64,000 bases of DNA, taken from assembly GCF_006345805.1 (NCBI RefSeq), contig NC_043008.1, positions 22,940,001-23,004,000 on the forward strand. The letters run 5' to 3'. The notes beneath the pieces are model-generated. The model saw only the letters and a list, made by a program, of their open reading frames with translations, did no database searches and was not told the DNA's origin. Made by a program: the position numbers and the translations under genes. Each line of letters starts with the position of its first letter. Position 1 is the first letter of the stretch. Below, one piece after another: positions 63,115 to 64,000 of this stretch. The DNA comes from Octopus sinensis (lineage: Eukaryota).

Positions 63115-64000
63115 GGCGGCGAGATGGCAGAATCGTTAGCACGCCGAGCGAAATGCTTGGCGGTATTTCGTCTGTCTTTATGTTCTGAGTTCAAATTCCG
63201 CCGAGGTCGACTTTGCCCTTCATCCTTTCAGGGTCGATAAATTAAGTACCAGTTACGCACTGGGGTCGATATAATCGACTTAATCCCTTTGTCTGTCCTT
63301 GTTTGTCCTCGATGTGTTTAGCCCCTTGTGGGTAGTAAAGAAATAGGCATTTCGTCTGCCGCTATGTTCTGAGTTCAAATTCCGCTGAGGTTGACTTTGC
63401 CCTTCATCCTTTCAGGGTCGATAAATTAAGTACCAGTTACGCACTGGGGTCGATATAATCGACTTAATCCCTTTGTCTGTCCTTGTTTGTCCTCTCTGTG
63501 TTTAGCCCCTTGTGGGTAGTAAAGAAATAGGTATTTCGTCTGCCACTATGTTCTGAGTTCAAATTCCGCCGAGGTCGGCTTTGCCTTTCATCCTTTCGGG
63601 GTCGATAAATTAAGTACCAGTTGCGCACTGGGGTCAATATAATCGACTTAATCCGTTTGTCTGTCCTTGTTTGTCCTCTCTGTGTTTAGCCCCTTGTGGG
63701 TAGTAAAGAAATAGGTATTTCGTCTGCCACTATGTTCTGAGTTCAAATTCCGCCGAGGTCGACTTTGCATTTCATCCTTTCGGGGTCGATAAATTAAGTA
63801 CCAGTTACGCACTGGGGTCAATATAATCGACTTAATCCGTTTGTCTGTCCTTGTTTGTCCTCTCTGTGTTTAGCCCCTTGTGGGTAGTAAAGAAATAGGT
63901 ATTTCGTCTGCCACTATGTTCTGAGTTCAAATTCCGCCGAGGTCGACTTTGCCTTTCATCCTTTCGGGGTCGATAAATTAAGTACCAGTTACGCACTGGG
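63115..64000 (+). repeat. SINE family B head followed by 184-bp tandem amplification of its body
   Basis: TTTCGTCTG recurs at 63166, 63350, 63534, 63718 and 63902; runs off the window end. Confidence 0.92.

Noticed and set aside
63166-64000. Retrozyme (hammerhead-containing tandem repeat)
   Set aside because: No CUGANGA...GAAA core found by eye on either strand of the 184-bp unit

Overview
AT-rich, repeat-dense eukaryotic (animal) DNA with no intact protein-coding gene. The SINE families look like those of octopus (inference). The window is a tRNA-Cys(GCA) gene supercluster: I count 44 tRNA-Cys genes and pseudogenes between 14300 and 62237, of which 15 are identical to the 72-nt consensus. 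They form a 16-copy ~155-bp tandem array (14300-16778), a decaying 10-unit ~177-bp array of a second isodecoder (19817-21402), a 6-copy array (21967-22817), two inverted (convergent) duplicate pairs and dispersed singles, two of them carried by a ~5.3-kb tandem segmental duplication. Several copies have shifted anticodons (GTA, TCA, ACA, GCC). Most copies share a TATA-like box at about -35. The rest is several SINE families, RTE/CR1/L1-Tx1 LINE fragments, two Penelope-like element remnants (RT, GIY-YIG), palindromes with hammerhead-like motifs, MITEs, non-autonomous Helitrons, a ~3.3-kb 32-bp satellite and microsatellites. Almost all ORF-track entries are spurious translations of repeats. Coordinates were counted by hand, and the ends of degenerate elements are approximate.
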